Virus record (IMG/VR): IMGVR_UViG_3300020579_000009
Location: 1-64,000 of that record
Length of the DNA: 64,000 nt
Strand: one strand, 5' to 3'
Source: a virus
Positions 26,506-36,162 of the stretch are shown here, one piece after another. The notes under the pieces were generated by a model that had not been told where the DNA came from, did not search any database, and was given only the letters and a program-made list of their open reading frames with translations. The first letter of the stretch is position 1. The number at the start of each line of letters is the position of its first letter. The translations under genes and the position numbers were made by a program.

Positions 26506-27989
26506 TGCGGAGGAATCTCCCTAGCCTGTTGTACTCTTAAATCCTTAATTCTCAAAGTGGAAAATCCGTGGCGGCGCAAAGGTTCCTTTTCCTTGTGTTC
26601 CTCGACGCGCTGCCAGTAGAGCCGTGAGGCTACGTCAAGCTTTGGATTCTCCCACTTTTTCGGCAAAACAAGTTCGCTCGGAAGCGGCCTAAAGGTGTGA
26701 ATCAGGTAGCGGATAGCGTCAGGACAATGGGAATTGGCGTGGCTCGGCTCGTTTTTCGGATTACCGGATTTGTCTTTTGCCCATTTATAAGTCGTTAGTT
26801 CGCGGATGGTGTTGGTGCAGGACTTGGCTACGAAGTAGCGCGGAGAGCCTTCTTTTCCGGTGAAAGGATGCTTTAGGCGAGGGTCGATGTGCATGTATTG
26901 GGCGACTTTGAAAAGGCCGGGTTTCACGTCCTTGATGGCTGCTTGGCCGGAGATGCCGTAATCTTCCAGCTCAATCGCCGCCGCTCTTTGGGCATAGTCG
27001 TAGGCCATGCCTTCGAGCTGACGGCCATCCATTTTTTCGTGGAACTGTTCGGCAATGGGTTTTACGCGGAGTTCCGAGCCGTAGATTTCGGCAAACTGGT
27101 AGAGATTGCCGTCCGGGGCCAAGCTCGCTATGGGGATAGCCCAAGGATCGCCTTCTTCGCCGCCGCCAACGTCCGTGCCGACAAAAACAGGCCATTCTAC
27201 GGGCGGTCTCTGGTGCCCGGAAAACACTTCCCAATCCCGCGCGTCATCCCAGACGTGGGTATTATCGCCAAATTCCTTATAAATCAGGTCGGTAAAGTCG
27301 GTGAAACTTCCGTTTACGAAGCGGTCGTACCAGTCCGGTGGATAGAGGCATTTTCTGCGGATGTGATATTCCTCCGGCAGAAAGACGTTCTCCATCGAAG
27401 TCGCGCCGATGCCAAGATTCAGGCTTTTCATTTCCGCCGAGCGGTCGGGGTCGAAGAAATACCGCCACTGGTAGTCGTGCCCGGCTGGGTTTGAGGCGCT
27501 ACGGTAGATTCTTCGTGAAACGTTTTTGCGTCTCAGGCGTCCGGTAAGCATCAGGAACACTTCTTCGGAGACTTCGCTGGCCTCATCTACCCCGGCAAAG
27601 CTCAAATTTAAGCTGCGGATGTGGCCTGTCACTTTAGGGTCGGAAATATCGAGATGCCGGAAAATGACTTGATGGCCGTTAGAGAATGTCCAAGTCTTTT
27701 TGGCTTCCGCCCAATCGCCCATGCTAGATGGCACTAGTTCAAGGAACGTTTTCATGGTGGTGGATTCAAGGGCTGGCATATTGAGGCGTCCGAGGAGGGA
27801 AAAACCGTTCGGCTCGATAACGGCGTTGCAGATACAGGACGTACAGAGGGAGACGGATTTGCTTGCGCCTTCTCCGCCGACGAAGGCTACTGCGAAATAC
27901 TTCGAGGTTACGAATTCCTTGGCTTTTGGTAACTTTTCAAGTCCCGCGATTGCGTCAGCGAGTTCTAGTTCTCCGGTGTAGAAGCCCAC
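26502..27989 (-). CDS. terL: Terminase large subunit
   Basis: Walker A GGEGASKS, Walker B FAGVDEA, coupling motif ASNP, nuclease VGTDVG and HCPDAIRY. Confidence 0.92.
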   Translation of the reverse strand: MGFYTGELELADAIAGLEKLPKAKEFVTSKYFAVAFVGGEGASKSVSLCTSCICNAVIEPNGFSLLGRLNMPALESTTMKTFLELVPSSMGDWAEAKKTWTFSNGHQVIFRHLDISDPKVTGHIRSLNLSFAGVDEASEVSEEVFLMLTGRLRRKNVSRRIYRSASNPAGHDYQWRYFFDPDRSAEMKSLNLGIGATSMENVFLPEEYHIRRKCLYPPDWYDRFVNGSFTDFTDLIYKEFGDNTHVWDDARDWEVFSGHQRPPVEWPVFVGTDVGGGEEGDPWAIPIASLAPDGNLYQFAEIYGSELRVKPIAEQFHEKMDGRQLEGMAYDYAQRAAAIELEDYGISGQAAIKDVKPGLFKVAQYMHIDPRLKHPFTGKEGSPRYFVAKSCTNTIRELTTYKWAKDKSGNPKNEPSHANSHCPDAIRYLIHTFRPLPSELVLPKKWENPKLDVASRLYWQRVEEHKEKEPLRRHGFSTLRIKDLRVQQAREIPPQ

Positions 27990-28152
27990 TTATGCCAGCC
28001 TTCGACTAACGCCTGCCTATGAATCTTGCGCTGTTTCTCTTCCCAGCGGCTTGCGCCGTCTATCTTATCCCAAATATAGAATCCCACTAGCGTCCAAAAG
28101 GCTACCGTGAACATCTGGCCCCAGGTGGCTTCGAAGTTCGGTTGATGGTACA

Positions 28153-28677
28153 TCAGATTCCTCCATGCCGCGCGGTAAATGCTATGCCGTAGGCGTTGCC
28201 GGAGCCCAAATATAGTCTCGGCAACCGTTCAAGTTTGTGATGGCCTGTCCTATGGAGCAAAAACGAAAGACCCTCACCGGCCCCGTAGAAGGCAAGCTGA
28301 AAGCCCACCATCCCAGCGCAACTCTGAGTAGGCAGGTTCATCTCGCGCTCGCCCCGTGCCAGAAAACGGCAGGTAATCGCTGAATCCGTCGCGGCCAAAG
28401 TCCCGGCTGCGGCTAGTTCCAGTTTTGCGAAGCGGTCGTAAAAGCGATGTTTGGTGAAAGGGCTTTCCGGTTCGGCGTGATAGGCCGTGCCACTATCCTT
28501 TGGAGGGTTCCCCGCGCGCCTTTCGGCAAGCACTACTGGCTTCACCTCTCGGCTAAGCGCCCACGGTTCACCTTGTCTCGCCAACCCCGTACTTACCCTC
28601 TCCTCATGCGCTGGCTCAGTCTGTGCGCCACAGAATTGAGCCATAGCTCCAAGAGCAAAAAGCAAAAGTCCGCTCAT
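28153..28677 (-). CDS. Membrane-associated hypothetical protein
   Basis: N-terminal hydrophobic segment and C-terminal membrane helices; ATGA overlap. Confidence 0.55.
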   Translation of the reverse strand: MSGLLLFALGAMAQFCGAQTEPAHEERVSTGLARQGEPWALSREVKPVVLAERRAGNPPKDSGTAYHAEPESPFTKHRFYDRFAKLELAAAGTLAATDSAITCRFLARGEREMNLPTQSCAGMVGFQLAFYGAGEGLSFLLHRTGHHKLERLPRLYLGSGNAYGIAFTARHGGI

Positions 28678-29036
28678 TCGATTATCGCCAGTCCCCCGCA
28701 TTGCCAGCAGCGGAAACTCTTTGCGACCCCGTGCTTGCATGTTTTAGCAGTATGTCTATGTTCACCAACTCCACCCGATGTGGATTCGGATTCTGCGTTA
28801 TTAGCAGGTAAAGCTGCTGCCGTAGGTCGCTCAGGCGCACTAATCCGCCGTTTTGCCACACGTACTGACGTAGGCCGTGGCAGTCCCGAATTGTCCTCAA
28901 GTTCTCCAAGTAGTGTCTCCCGCATCCACTCCACCAGCGTCTTGCCCTCTCCCCGCGCCCGCTTCTCCATCCTGTCGGCGTCTCCTGATTCTACGTAAAC
29001 CACTAATCGAGCCCGCTGGTCGAAGATTCTTCGCAC
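28674..29036 (-). CDS. Ribbon-helix-helix-like protein with C-terminal Zn motif
   Basis: RLVVYV...RMEKRARGEGKTLVEWMRE; CKH...CWQC. Confidence 0.5.
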   Translation of the reverse strand: MRRIFDQRARLVVYVESGDADRMEKRARGEGKTLVEWMRETLLGELEDNSGLPRPTSVRVAKRRISAPERPTAAALPANNAESESTSGGVGEHRHTAKTCKHGVAKSFRCWQCGGLAIIE

Positions 29037-29044
29037 TCGCCAAA

Positions 29045-29072
29045 CCTATAGCATGTCGTATATATGTGTCAA
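29045..29072 (-). promoter_or_regulatory. Sigma70-like promoter reading into the packaging/late operon
   Basis: TTGACA-16nt-TATAGG on the minus strand. Confidence 0.45.
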
Positions 29073-29254
29073 GAGAATTCGCAAAAGTTGTGGATGAAGA
29101 TATGCATTGGCAAAGGGGTCCCCCTCTTTTCGGCTGCTTCCCTTAGCCAGTACTGGTAGTCCTGAGGCGTCCCATAAGACTTATTGTGTTAACTAGGATG
29201 TGATGATACTAAAGGACTTAGCTTACACTTGCACAATTATGGTGCAATGGTACA

Positions 29255-29710
29255 CTATTTGTCTGGAGTAACGTCTATTGCGGAGTCTTGCTTAACTGGA
29301 GTGTTTGGCTGTACTTGCATAAGATTCTGGATAGCAATCGTCAGACCGGGATCAGGGGCTTTGCCTTGCTTCGAGTTTAATGGCCAGATAGTATTTTCAA
29401 GGACCTTAATTGCCATGTTTTCAGAGTTTTGCGAGAGTCTATGCTTTGCGACGCGAATGCTTTCCGGGATCAGGTCCATACTCGCAAGTCTTTCTCTCTG
29501 AAGTGTCTCATCGAAATTGTTCAGGTCTATCACGTTTGTAACCGTGTTATAGGCTATGCCTAGGTCTCTTTTAATCTTTAGCTTAGACTGCCCATTAGCT
29601 CTTTTTGCCAGAATTGCAGACTGAATAGCAGGGGCTTTCCTTGAGGACTTTGGCCGATACGCTTTCTTATTGGCTGTAACAGTCTCTAATTGCGGAGAAT
29701 CGGTGCTCAT
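29255..29710 (-). CDS. Putative terminase small subunit / HTH protein
   Basis: HTH-like GQSKLKIKRDLGIAYNTV, upstream of TerL, TerS-like C-terminus AIDVTP. Confidence 0.55.
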   Translation of the reverse strand: MSTDSPQLETVTANKKAYRPKSSRKAPAIQSAILAKRANGQSKLKIKRDLGIAYNTVTNVIDLNNFDETLQRERLASMDLIPESIRVAKHRLSQNSENMAIKVLENTIWPLNSKQGKAPDPGLTIAIQNLMQVQPNTPVKQDSAIDVTPDK

Positions 29711-29747
29711 GCCTGGAGTATCGCGCGGACCTGCCTGCTATTGCAAG

Positions 29748-29781
29748 AAAAAAAGGCCAGAGTTTTTAGGCTCTGGCCTTT
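29748..29781 (-). terminator. Rho-independent terminator
   Basis: AAAGGCCAGAG/CTCTGGCCTTT stem followed by a T-run on the minus strand. Confidence 0.75.
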
Positions 29782-29799
29782 GGGTTTGAGTGTTTTCTG

Positions 29800-29994
29800 C
29801 TACTTGCGCGTGTAGGCTAGGAATTTTTCGCGCTGAAAATAGGGGTTGAATTGCCTGCAAACGTCTGCGATCTTGCGGCAGTCTACGTCCCACTGACTTT
29901 CGGCCATGTCTGTTAGGACGTTTGGGTTGATAGGCTTTAACGGTCTCGCGGACCGTAGCGCATCTGCTAGGGCAATGAAGTGTTTGCGTGTCAT
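29800..29994 (-). CDS. Small phage protein
   Basis: MTRKHFIALADAL...NPYFQREKFL; ATGA overlap. Confidence 0.65.
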   Translation of the reverse strand: MTRKHFIALADALRSARPLKPINPNVLTDMAESQWDVDCRKIADVCRQFNPYFQREKFLAYTRK

Positions 29995-31229
29995 GGTTTG
30001 GCCGCCAGTCGGAAGTACTCTGGTAGGCTGGAAACATAGAGAATATTATTCTCCGCGCATTTGTTGCGGCATTCGAGCGTAAGCAAGGGGTGTGGCGCGT
30101 CCCCTACTCCCGTTACCACGCCGTCACATATCCAGACTTTTGGTCCGCGCTGTCTGGCAAGCCAGTCTAGGGCAGGTCCGTCCACCCCGTTACCGTCGCC
30201 CATTCTTTCCGGGTTGGACGCGTATCGTCCGTTTTGCGCGAAGATAATGAGCCAGCCGTCCCTTTTGCCGTCTGAACAGTATCCCGCTATGGTTGCGGCT
30301 GGCGCTGTCTTTAGCAGTTCTACCAGGTCCCCGCTGGATAGGTTCATCGATCCCGATATGTCTATTAGGATATTTCCGCCAATGCTAGGGACCTTGCGAT
30401 CCCATGCCATGCCATCAAACGCCGGGAGTAAGGCGCGTAAGGGATTACGGAATGCTCCCATAAACCCTGCCTTGCGTTTGTGGCCTAGTCTCATCCGCGA
30501 AATAGACTTGTCTAGGTTAGGTTTGACAATTTCCATGTCGCACCATTCCGGGGTTTCGTTGAAAAGACGCGGCAGGGTAGTACTGCCCTTGGCGTCCAAT
30601 TTGGACAGGTCCTCGCGTTCCGTTTGGGGTTTGCCAAAATAAGATTCTAGGGTTTTGGCCGTGAGGATTATTTTGTCGGTAACTTCAGACGGGATGCGTG
30701 TTTTGCCTTTCATGCTTGCGCCGATAGCGCGAAGCGTTAGGCTGGCCGTTTTGAGCACGGCCATGTCACGCGCGTTCAGTACTTTATCGGTTATCTTGTT
30801 TTTTACGCTGAGAATCTGCAAGGCGCGCTGTGCGTGTATCTCGCGGATGAATTCTTGCGGTATCTCGCCGTCAATTTTCGGCATGGGCAGGTTTTTAATG
30901 CTGTCCACACCTTGCGCAAAGGCAAACCCGTTAACGATGTTATCTAGGACGGGTTGTACCCATTCATTCTTGGCGCAATGGAACGTCCGGTCTATATCTG
31001 GGGTTATCGCGTCAACGGCAAGGTGAGCGTATTCATGCGCGCGGATCGCTATGTCCTTATCTTCATTTGTCAGTGGCACGCCAAAGGCACGGCCAGTGTA
31101 AGAGGTAGTTCCAGCCGTGCCTTGCATCGGATCGCAGACCGTGTATTCTCCGTTTCCCCTGCCTGCTACGGCTGGAACTGGAATGTACTTACGGTCCTTG
31201 GCGCGTTTTTTGAGTATTTGAGGTATCAC
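29991..31229 (-). CDS. Metallopeptidase-like (HExxH) plus VWA domain protein
   Basis: RAHEYAH; MIDAS DISGSM; WICDG. Confidence 0.8.
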   Translation of the reverse strand: MIPQILKKRAKDRKYIPVPAVAGRGNGEYTVCDPMQGTAGTTSYTGRAFGVPLTNEDKDIAIRAHEYAHLAVDAITPDIDRTFHCAKNEWVQPVLDNIVNGFAFAQGVDSIKNLPMPKIDGEIPQEFIREIHAQRALQILSVKNKITDKVLNARDMAVLKTASLTLRAIGASMKGKTRIPSEVTDKIILTAKTLESYFGKPQTEREDLSKLDAKGSTTLPRLFNETPEWCDMEIVKPNLDKSISRMRLGHKRKAGFMGAFRNPLRALLPAFDGMAWDRKVPSIGGNILIDISGSMNLSSGDLVELLKTAPAATIAGYCSDGKRDGWLIIFAQNGRYASNPERMGDGNGVDGPALDWLARQRGPKVWICDGVVTGVGDAPHPLLTLECRNKCAENNILYVSSLPEYFRLAAKP

Positions 31230-31924
31230 GCGACACCCCGCAGTTTGAGGGTGTCGGTTATGTCCTTGGCGCGTTCCGCATAAGCAAGGACAGAGGCAGT
31301 TTCCATGTCCACCCCTGCATTGCGAAGCTTGGCGTAGGCGAAGCTAGCGCGGGTGGAAATAGCGCGGGAGCTGTCTTTCCAGGAGTCCTTTACCGCGTCC
31401 CCTAACCCTGCCCATGCCGAATTCAGCGCGGAAATTAGTCCGGGATGAGGATCAACCAAATTGATTACACACTCGCACCTATCCCGCAAGGCAGGATCAA
31501 GCTCATCGGCTGTATCGTTGGAAGTAATCACGGCGCGAAAATTCCTGTTCGCCGTTACGGTCTCGCCGTCCGCCAAGGTAATTCTCGCGGAGTCCTTGCT
31601 GTCTAGGACGGCCAGTAATGCATCCTTTACAGCACCAGACGCGCGGGACAGCTCATTAATTACCAGAGTCTTTCCTTCCCGGAATGCCGTCACTACAGGT
31701 CCATCATGGTAGACAAAGGCATTTCCTTCCGGGATATAGTGGCCAAACAATTCCTGCACAACAGTATCCTCTGAGAGATTCAGGGACACCGTATTACTTG
31801 GATTCTCTCCCCCTTGCGCTGTGAACGTTTTTCCGATACCGGGTTTCCCGCAAACGCAAACAACCCGCAAGTGTTGGATCGCGGTATCCAGTAAGGACCA
31901 TGCATTTAGATTAGTAGTAGTCAT
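31226..31924 (-). CDS. MoxR/CbbQ-like AAA+ ATPase
   Basis: GKPGIGKT, YHDGPV, LVINELSRA, ITSN, LDPALRDR, ISTR; ATG 31924 chosen as start. Confidence 0.85.
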   Translation of the reverse strand: MTTTNLNAWSLLDTAIQHLRVVCVCGKPGIGKTFTAQGGENPSNTVSLNLSEDTVVQELFGHYIPEGNAFVYHDGPVVTAFREGKTLVINELSRASGAVKDALLAVLDSKDSARITLADGETVTANRNFRAVITSNDTADELDPALRDRCECVINLVDPHPGLISALNSAWAGLGDAVKDSWKDSSRAISTRASFAYAKLRNAGVDMETASVLAYAERAKDITDTLKLRGVA

Positions 31925-31986
31925 GTCGGTTTTTCCTTTTCTTGATTCAGATTCGGGTTGCCCATGCGAGGACACCCCGTAGGCAT

Positions 31987-32015
31987 AGAGTAGACTGTAG
32001 CGTGTAGCAATGCAA
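31987..32015 (-). promoter_or_regulatory. Sigma70-like promoter of the AAA/VWA operon
   Basis: TTGCAT-17-TACTCT on the minus strand. Confidence 0.45.
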
Positions 32016-32335
32016 GTGAATAATCGCCTGTCTCGACAAATGTAACTAGTAGTACGCGTATGAATTACGCGAATTGTCTTGACATGGGAAAACAATAGGG
32101 TGTAAAAACTACAGTGTAGTTTGTCGGTTCCATGCGAGTACGGGATATCGGGAGTTTAACGGTACTGGTATCCCGTTACTATCCAAACGTACAGTACTAC
32201 GCCATTAAGGGGAGTTTTTGTTACTCTCAAAAAAGCCGGGGGTTTTTGGAAAATTTCCTATATATGGCCCGCAAAAATTTTTGAAATTCATCCTGTGGGA
32301 AGTAGGACCCATGCCAAGGGACCCTCTCTGCCCGA

Positions 32336-32632
32336 TTGGAGCCGAACATGCCCATTAAACTAATGGAAAATGAAAAAGATTCTATTCCCAAGCCTAAAGT
32401 GAAAGCGGTTATACGCCAAACGAAGATTTGGCAAGAAGCCGTAGAGTTCCTTGCTGGCGGCAAGCCGTTTGAAATCAAGCTGCCCAAGAATTTCCTGCTC
32501 GCGCAGGGCATCACCGATCCGGTGGTATCTTTTAAGGTTTCGCTTCAGCGCTTTGCGGAACGCAAGGGTTTCCGCTACCGCATCTATATCGTGGACGCTG
32601 TGATCTATTGCGTCCCAGTACTCACATCCTGA
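32336..32632 (+). CDS. Hypothetical protein
   Basis: 98-aa ORF after the control region. Confidence 0.55.
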   Translation: MEPNMPIKLMENEKDSIPKPKVKAVIRQTKIWQEAVEFLAGGKPFEIKLPKNFLLAQGITDPVVSFKVSLQRFAERKGFRYRIYIVDAVIYCVPVLTS

Positions 32633-32642
32633 AAATTGGTAC

Positions 32643-32671
32643 TTGACGTAGTAGTAGCAGTAGCACATAGT
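32643..32671 (+). promoter_or_regulatory. Promoter with GTAG-repeat spacer
   Basis: TTGACG-17(TAGTAGTAGCAGTAGCA)-CATAGT. Confidence 0.5.
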
Positions 32672-32689
32672 CGGCGGCAGGAGGCAATC

Positions 32690-32992
32690 ATGCCGAAAGC
32701 ATCATTGAGTAATGACAAGCGCCAAGCACTGATGGACGACATCAGGCAGGGCTTGAGAATGAAAGACATTGAAAAGAAGTACGGAGTCACTGGTGGTACG
32801 GTCAGCTATTATCAGAACAAGATTGGCAAGCCTGGACGTAACGGGCATCGCCGCATCGCTCCCATCGTTCTAGGCTCTACGATTGACAACGCCCGCTCCA
32901 GTAAAGAACAAGTCGCTGAACTGGTGGATTTGCTGTGGACGCGGCTGCCGTTGCCGGAGAAGCTGGCTATCCTCAAAGGAATAAGCCGATGA
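32690..32992 (+). CDS. HTH DNA-binding protein
   Basis: GLRMKDIEKKYGVTGGTVSYY; GGAGG RBS. Confidence 0.7.
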   Translation: MPKASLSNDKRQALMDDIRQGLRMKDIEKKYGVTGGTVSYYQNKIGKPGRNGHRRIAPIVLGSTIDNARSSKEQVAELVDLLWTRLPLPEKLAILKGISR

Positions 32993-33468
32993 AAAGGAAA
33001 GAGAAGTCCCTAAGTCTGGCCACCGTCAGGAAATTCTTCCCAGACGTAACCAGCGTAACCGACGCCGACGACAACACCATCCTTGAAGTCACCCGCACAG
33101 ATTCCAGTTCCGGTACTACCAAGAGTCATAACCATTGCGCCTTTGCCAAGGCTTGCCAACGCAAGTTCCAAGCCCGTGGAGTGATTGTCTCTGTGAAAAC
33201 CTGCTACATCATCAAAAAGGACGCGGCTATACGCTTCATTCTGCCGGAGAGCGTCAGCCGAGAGATTGTTTCCTTTGACCGCAAGGGCGGGTTTGCCGAA
33301 GGCCACTACCAACTGAACGCCCCTACCAGCTCACATCGTCTTGGTGCTCGCCAGGAACGCGCCGAAGGCGTGCATGTAACGAAAAATGCCAGCAAGCGCA
33401 AATTTCGCCACTTTACTTCCGGTATCAGGGCTATGCTGCACGGCAAGAGGATTGACGAGGTTGCGTAA
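32989..33468 (+). CDS. Hypothetical protein, paralog of 38183..38662
   Basis: VTDADD, CAFAKA, PESVSREIVSFDR, G.Y.L.A, RHFTSGIR. Confidence 0.75.
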   Translation: MKRKEKSLSLATVRKFFPDVTSVTDADDNTILEVTRTDSSSGTTKSHNHCAFAKACQRKFQARGVIVSVKTCYIIKKDAAIRFILPESVSREIVSFDRKGGFAEGHYQLNAPTSSHRLGARQERAEGVHVTKNASKRKFRHFTSGIRAMLHGKRIDEVA

Positions 33469-33609
33469 AAGCAAGAAAAAGCCGCTCTATCGCTGCACGT
33501 TTTGCGGGCATCGCTCGCGCCGTACTGGGGAATGCCCCTTCTGCGGACAGCTTAGGAAGGACCCTTTGGGCCGTGAACTAGAGCGCAGAAGGGCTAGGAG
33601 ATACCAGGA

Positions 33610-33954
33610 ATGACGCCGGAAGAACACAAAATCGCTCTAGCGGAGATTGAAAGGCTCATGGACGGAGACCCTGCCAAGGACAGTGTGGAAGGCATGCTCT
33701 TAGCGCAACTGGCCGAGAAGGTCCAGAAGCACGAAACGGCTGTTTATGCCGAAAGACTAGAAATCTGGAGCCGCATCACCAAAGAACCCCTCTTTCAGTT
33801 CTTAAAGCACGATCCCGTAGGCCGTACCATCCTATGCCTGTTTGCTAACGGCCAAATCTCGCATGGCAAATGCGCGCAGGCCATAACCGAGAAGTTTTGC
33901 TTGAATCTTGAACCAGATTTGCCGGAATGGAAGGGCTACGATGTCCAAGAGTAA
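33610..33954 (+). CDS. Hypothetical protein with HigA-like N-terminus
   Basis: EEHKIALAEIERLMD..P..DS.EG..L..L...V..HE. Confidence 0.55.
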   Translation: MTPEEHKIALAEIERLMDGDPAKDSVEGMLLAQLAEKVQKHETAVYAERLEIWSRITKEPLFQFLKHDPVGRTILCLFANGQISHGKCAQAITEKFCLNLEPDLPEWKGYDVQE

Positions 33955-34108
33955 TGGAACTATGGGTGTCTACAAGTTCGCGCGCGAAATGCGCTGGAGC
34001 GTGGATTGGGTGTACAAGCAGATTCAGGCGGGAAACCTAAAGGCCGTGAAGGAAGGCCGTAAATGGGCTATCCCTGAAAAAGAGCTGGAGAGATGCCGCG
34101 CCAAGTAG
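33941..34108 (+). CDS. Excisionase-like (HTH_17) DNA-binding protein
   Basis: FAREMRWSVDWVYKQIQAGNLKAVKEGRKWAIP. Confidence 0.75.
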   Translation: MSKSNGTMGVYKFAREMRWSVDWVYKQIQAGNLKAVKEGRKWAIPEKELERCRAK

Positions 34109-34318
34109 GACCCCAATGTGTGCGATTTAGCCGCTAGGCTCGTTCTCCCGGTGCTGCCCTCAGTTCAGGGCTACGCTCGTACAGTGTCTTGCAACCCATG
34201 CAAAGCCACCCATCTGCTATCCAAAATGCCGCTGTGTAGTTGTCGCCTGGCTCAAAAGGGTCAACGCGCCGCACGTAGGCTCTCCCATGAATATGGCACT
34301 CTGGCTCATTCGGCTCGC

Positions 34319-34783
34319 TCATTCCGTCTCTCCCGGTGCTGCTTTGCGCCCCGCTTCCCATTCAGAAAAAGTATCGTTTAGCGCGGGGGTTTCATCCCAG
34401 CTGAACTCCACGCTCCACATCGGCCACTTGCCATCATCCTGCATTCCTTCTACAGAATCATTTGTGCCGAAGTCGCGCAAATATCGCAGGAGTAGTTTGC
34501 CGTCGTCTGTAAGCCATGCCCAGCCAATCCCCGTTCCATGCTCGACAAGCCCCCAGCTATCAAGAACTTTCGCGCCGAACTCTACCCAGGAATCGCGCAC
34601 GTCTTCTGAATCATTGCCAAGCTGGAACTTGTAGAAGCTGCCGTTTTTATCGTGATTCTCGGCGCGTTCAAGCAAATGCAGAACGGTTTCCCAGTGGGCA
34701 TCAGTTCCGCAGCCACACAGCCCCATCTTTTCGATTATCCCGCGCACCTTCAAGGCATCAGCCCTATTCCAGTTTTCGCTCAC
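34319..34783 (-). CDS. Hypothetical protein
   Basis: GLCGCG...LDSWGLVEHGTGIGWAWLTDDG; GTG start after GGGAGAGG. Confidence 0.6.
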   Translation of the reverse strand: MSENWNRADALKVRGIIEKMGLCGCGTDAHWETVLHLLERAENHDKNGSFYKFQLGNDSEDVRDSWVEFGAKVLDSWGLVEHGTGIGWAWLTDDGKLLLRYLRDFGTNDSVEGMQDDGKWPMWSVEFSWDETPALNDTFSEWEAGRKAAPGETE

Positions 34784-35063
34784 AATTCCTCTCCCGGTGC
34801 TTTTTGCTGCGCCGCGCGAATCACGGCCTACACTTCCACAGTAGTCGTGCGAAAAAGTAAGCTGTGCCGCCAACGATAGCGATACCGATAACCCCGGCAA
34901 GCGCCACAATCAAAGTGCTCGTAACTCGTATCAGCGTGTCCCGCGCTCTCTCGCTCGACTCTGTGCTCATGGTTGCACCTTTTTCCTGCTTCCCCATTCT
35001 TCGCCAGGATAGCAGTCCCATCGTCGCTCCCTTCCGCGCTCCTCGTGCCAAAGCCAGAGAATC

Positions 35064-35140
35064 AAAAGGGTGTCTCGCCGCACGCAGAGTTCTTAGCCCA
35101 AGCCGTGCAACCTGTTAGCGTCACTCCGCGCGAGACACCC
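35064..35140 (-). other. Extended hairpin with T-run (attenuator/terminator or small RNA)
   Basis: GGGTGTCTCGC/GCGAGACACCC outer stem, inner GCGGAGT/ACTCTGC, then TTTT on the minus strand. Confidence 0.5.
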
Positions 35141-35143
35141 ATC

Positions 35144-35326
35144 TCATTTTCCGACTTGAATCTCATCTTGAATCCTCATGTAAAGTTTGTAACTCAGAAG
35201 CACCGCCACGGGTTCATCGCCATCTTGAATCACGAATAGTTCATCGTCCAATTCTCGCAGCGTATCGGCATTGAAATGGCGCAGCTTTGTTATCCCGACG
35301 TGCTTAACGCGCTCGTCTATGTACAT
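35144..35326 (-). CDS. Phd/YefM antitoxin-like protein
   Basis: VGITKLR.....L.....FVI..GDEPVAVLLSY..Y pattern. Confidence 0.6.
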   Translation of the reverse strand: MYIDERVKHVGITKLRHFNADTLRELDDELFVIQDGDEPVAVLLSYKLYMRIQDEIQVGK

Positions 35327-36162
35327 CGTTTCCCTCGCTTGCCTGCTGGCTCCGTGGCGCTGCGCTCCTGGCTGGCGGCGAGGGGTGCTTTGATGGAATC
35401 CAGTCCAGCATCCACGCGTGGATTTGTCCGACAAAGAATGTTCTTGGCTTCTGGGTGCTCGCTGGCGAATATCGCTTCAAGCCAATCGCTTGCGTGCTGT
35501 AACGCCGCTCGCAGTTCCGTGGATTCGCCTGCCGCCGCGACGTTGTTGCCCCTTCGCCAGCCAAGTGAGTAAGCCTCGGAAGCCGTTAATCCGCAAATGT
35601 GCTCACCGTCAACTATTTCCAGTATCGCGCTACAGACCTTGCACACTACGGGCGGCGCTGCCTCGGCCCCCGGCTTAACCAGCGTCAGGTCAGGACGAAA
35701 CTTGCGAGCCTCCTTAGCTGATTCGTTCAGTGGCGTAGTTGGCTCCTGTTTGCCCTCGACGGGCGGGGCGGCGCTGTCATGGAATACATCAAAGCAACGC
35801 GCTCCAACACCGCTCAATGGCATCGGACTTTCCTTTGTTCCCTTGCAATGGGGGCAACGGGCTGGCGCTGGCGGCTCCTGTTTGCTGGAGAGAGCGGCGT
35901 TCCAGGCTGTTCGAGCTAAGTCTTTGGGCACATGAGATTTTCCATTGTCCACGATTTTTGCCCACCATTCTTCAAACGTTCGCGTCCCCGGCTCCCGCAG
36001 GGCTTCGCGCACGACCCCTTCTAGTTCATCGGCGCAAAGAGTAACCATCCATCGAGCGCCGTGTGTCTGCATATCGCTTGTGCCCACACGCACTTTCCCT
36101 TCGCGCCACTTCGCAATCAGTTCCCGCAACGTGCGCTCTACATCCATTGGCTTGTCGGTCAT
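35317..36162 (-). CDS. Mosaic early phage protein
   Basis: FEEWW...ARTAWNAAL, CPHC and CKVC modules. Confidence 0.55.
   Translation of the reverse strand: MTDKPMDVERTLRELIAKWREGKVRVGTSDMQTHGARWMVTLCADELEGVVREALREPGTRTFEEWWAKIVDNGKSHVPKDLARTAWNAALSSKQEPPAPARCPHCKGTKESPMPLSGVGARCFDVFHDSAAPPVEGKQEPTTPLNESAKEARKFRPDLTLVKPGAEAAPPVVCKVCSAILEIVDGEHICGLTASEAYSLGWRRGNNVAAAGESTELRAALQHASDWLEAIFASEHPEAKNILCRTNPRVDAGLDSIKAPLAASQERSATEPAGKRGKRCT

Noticed and set aside
31925-32095. N-terminal extension of the AAA ATPase
   Set aside because: It runs through a promoter region; an AAGGA RBS precedes ATG 31924.
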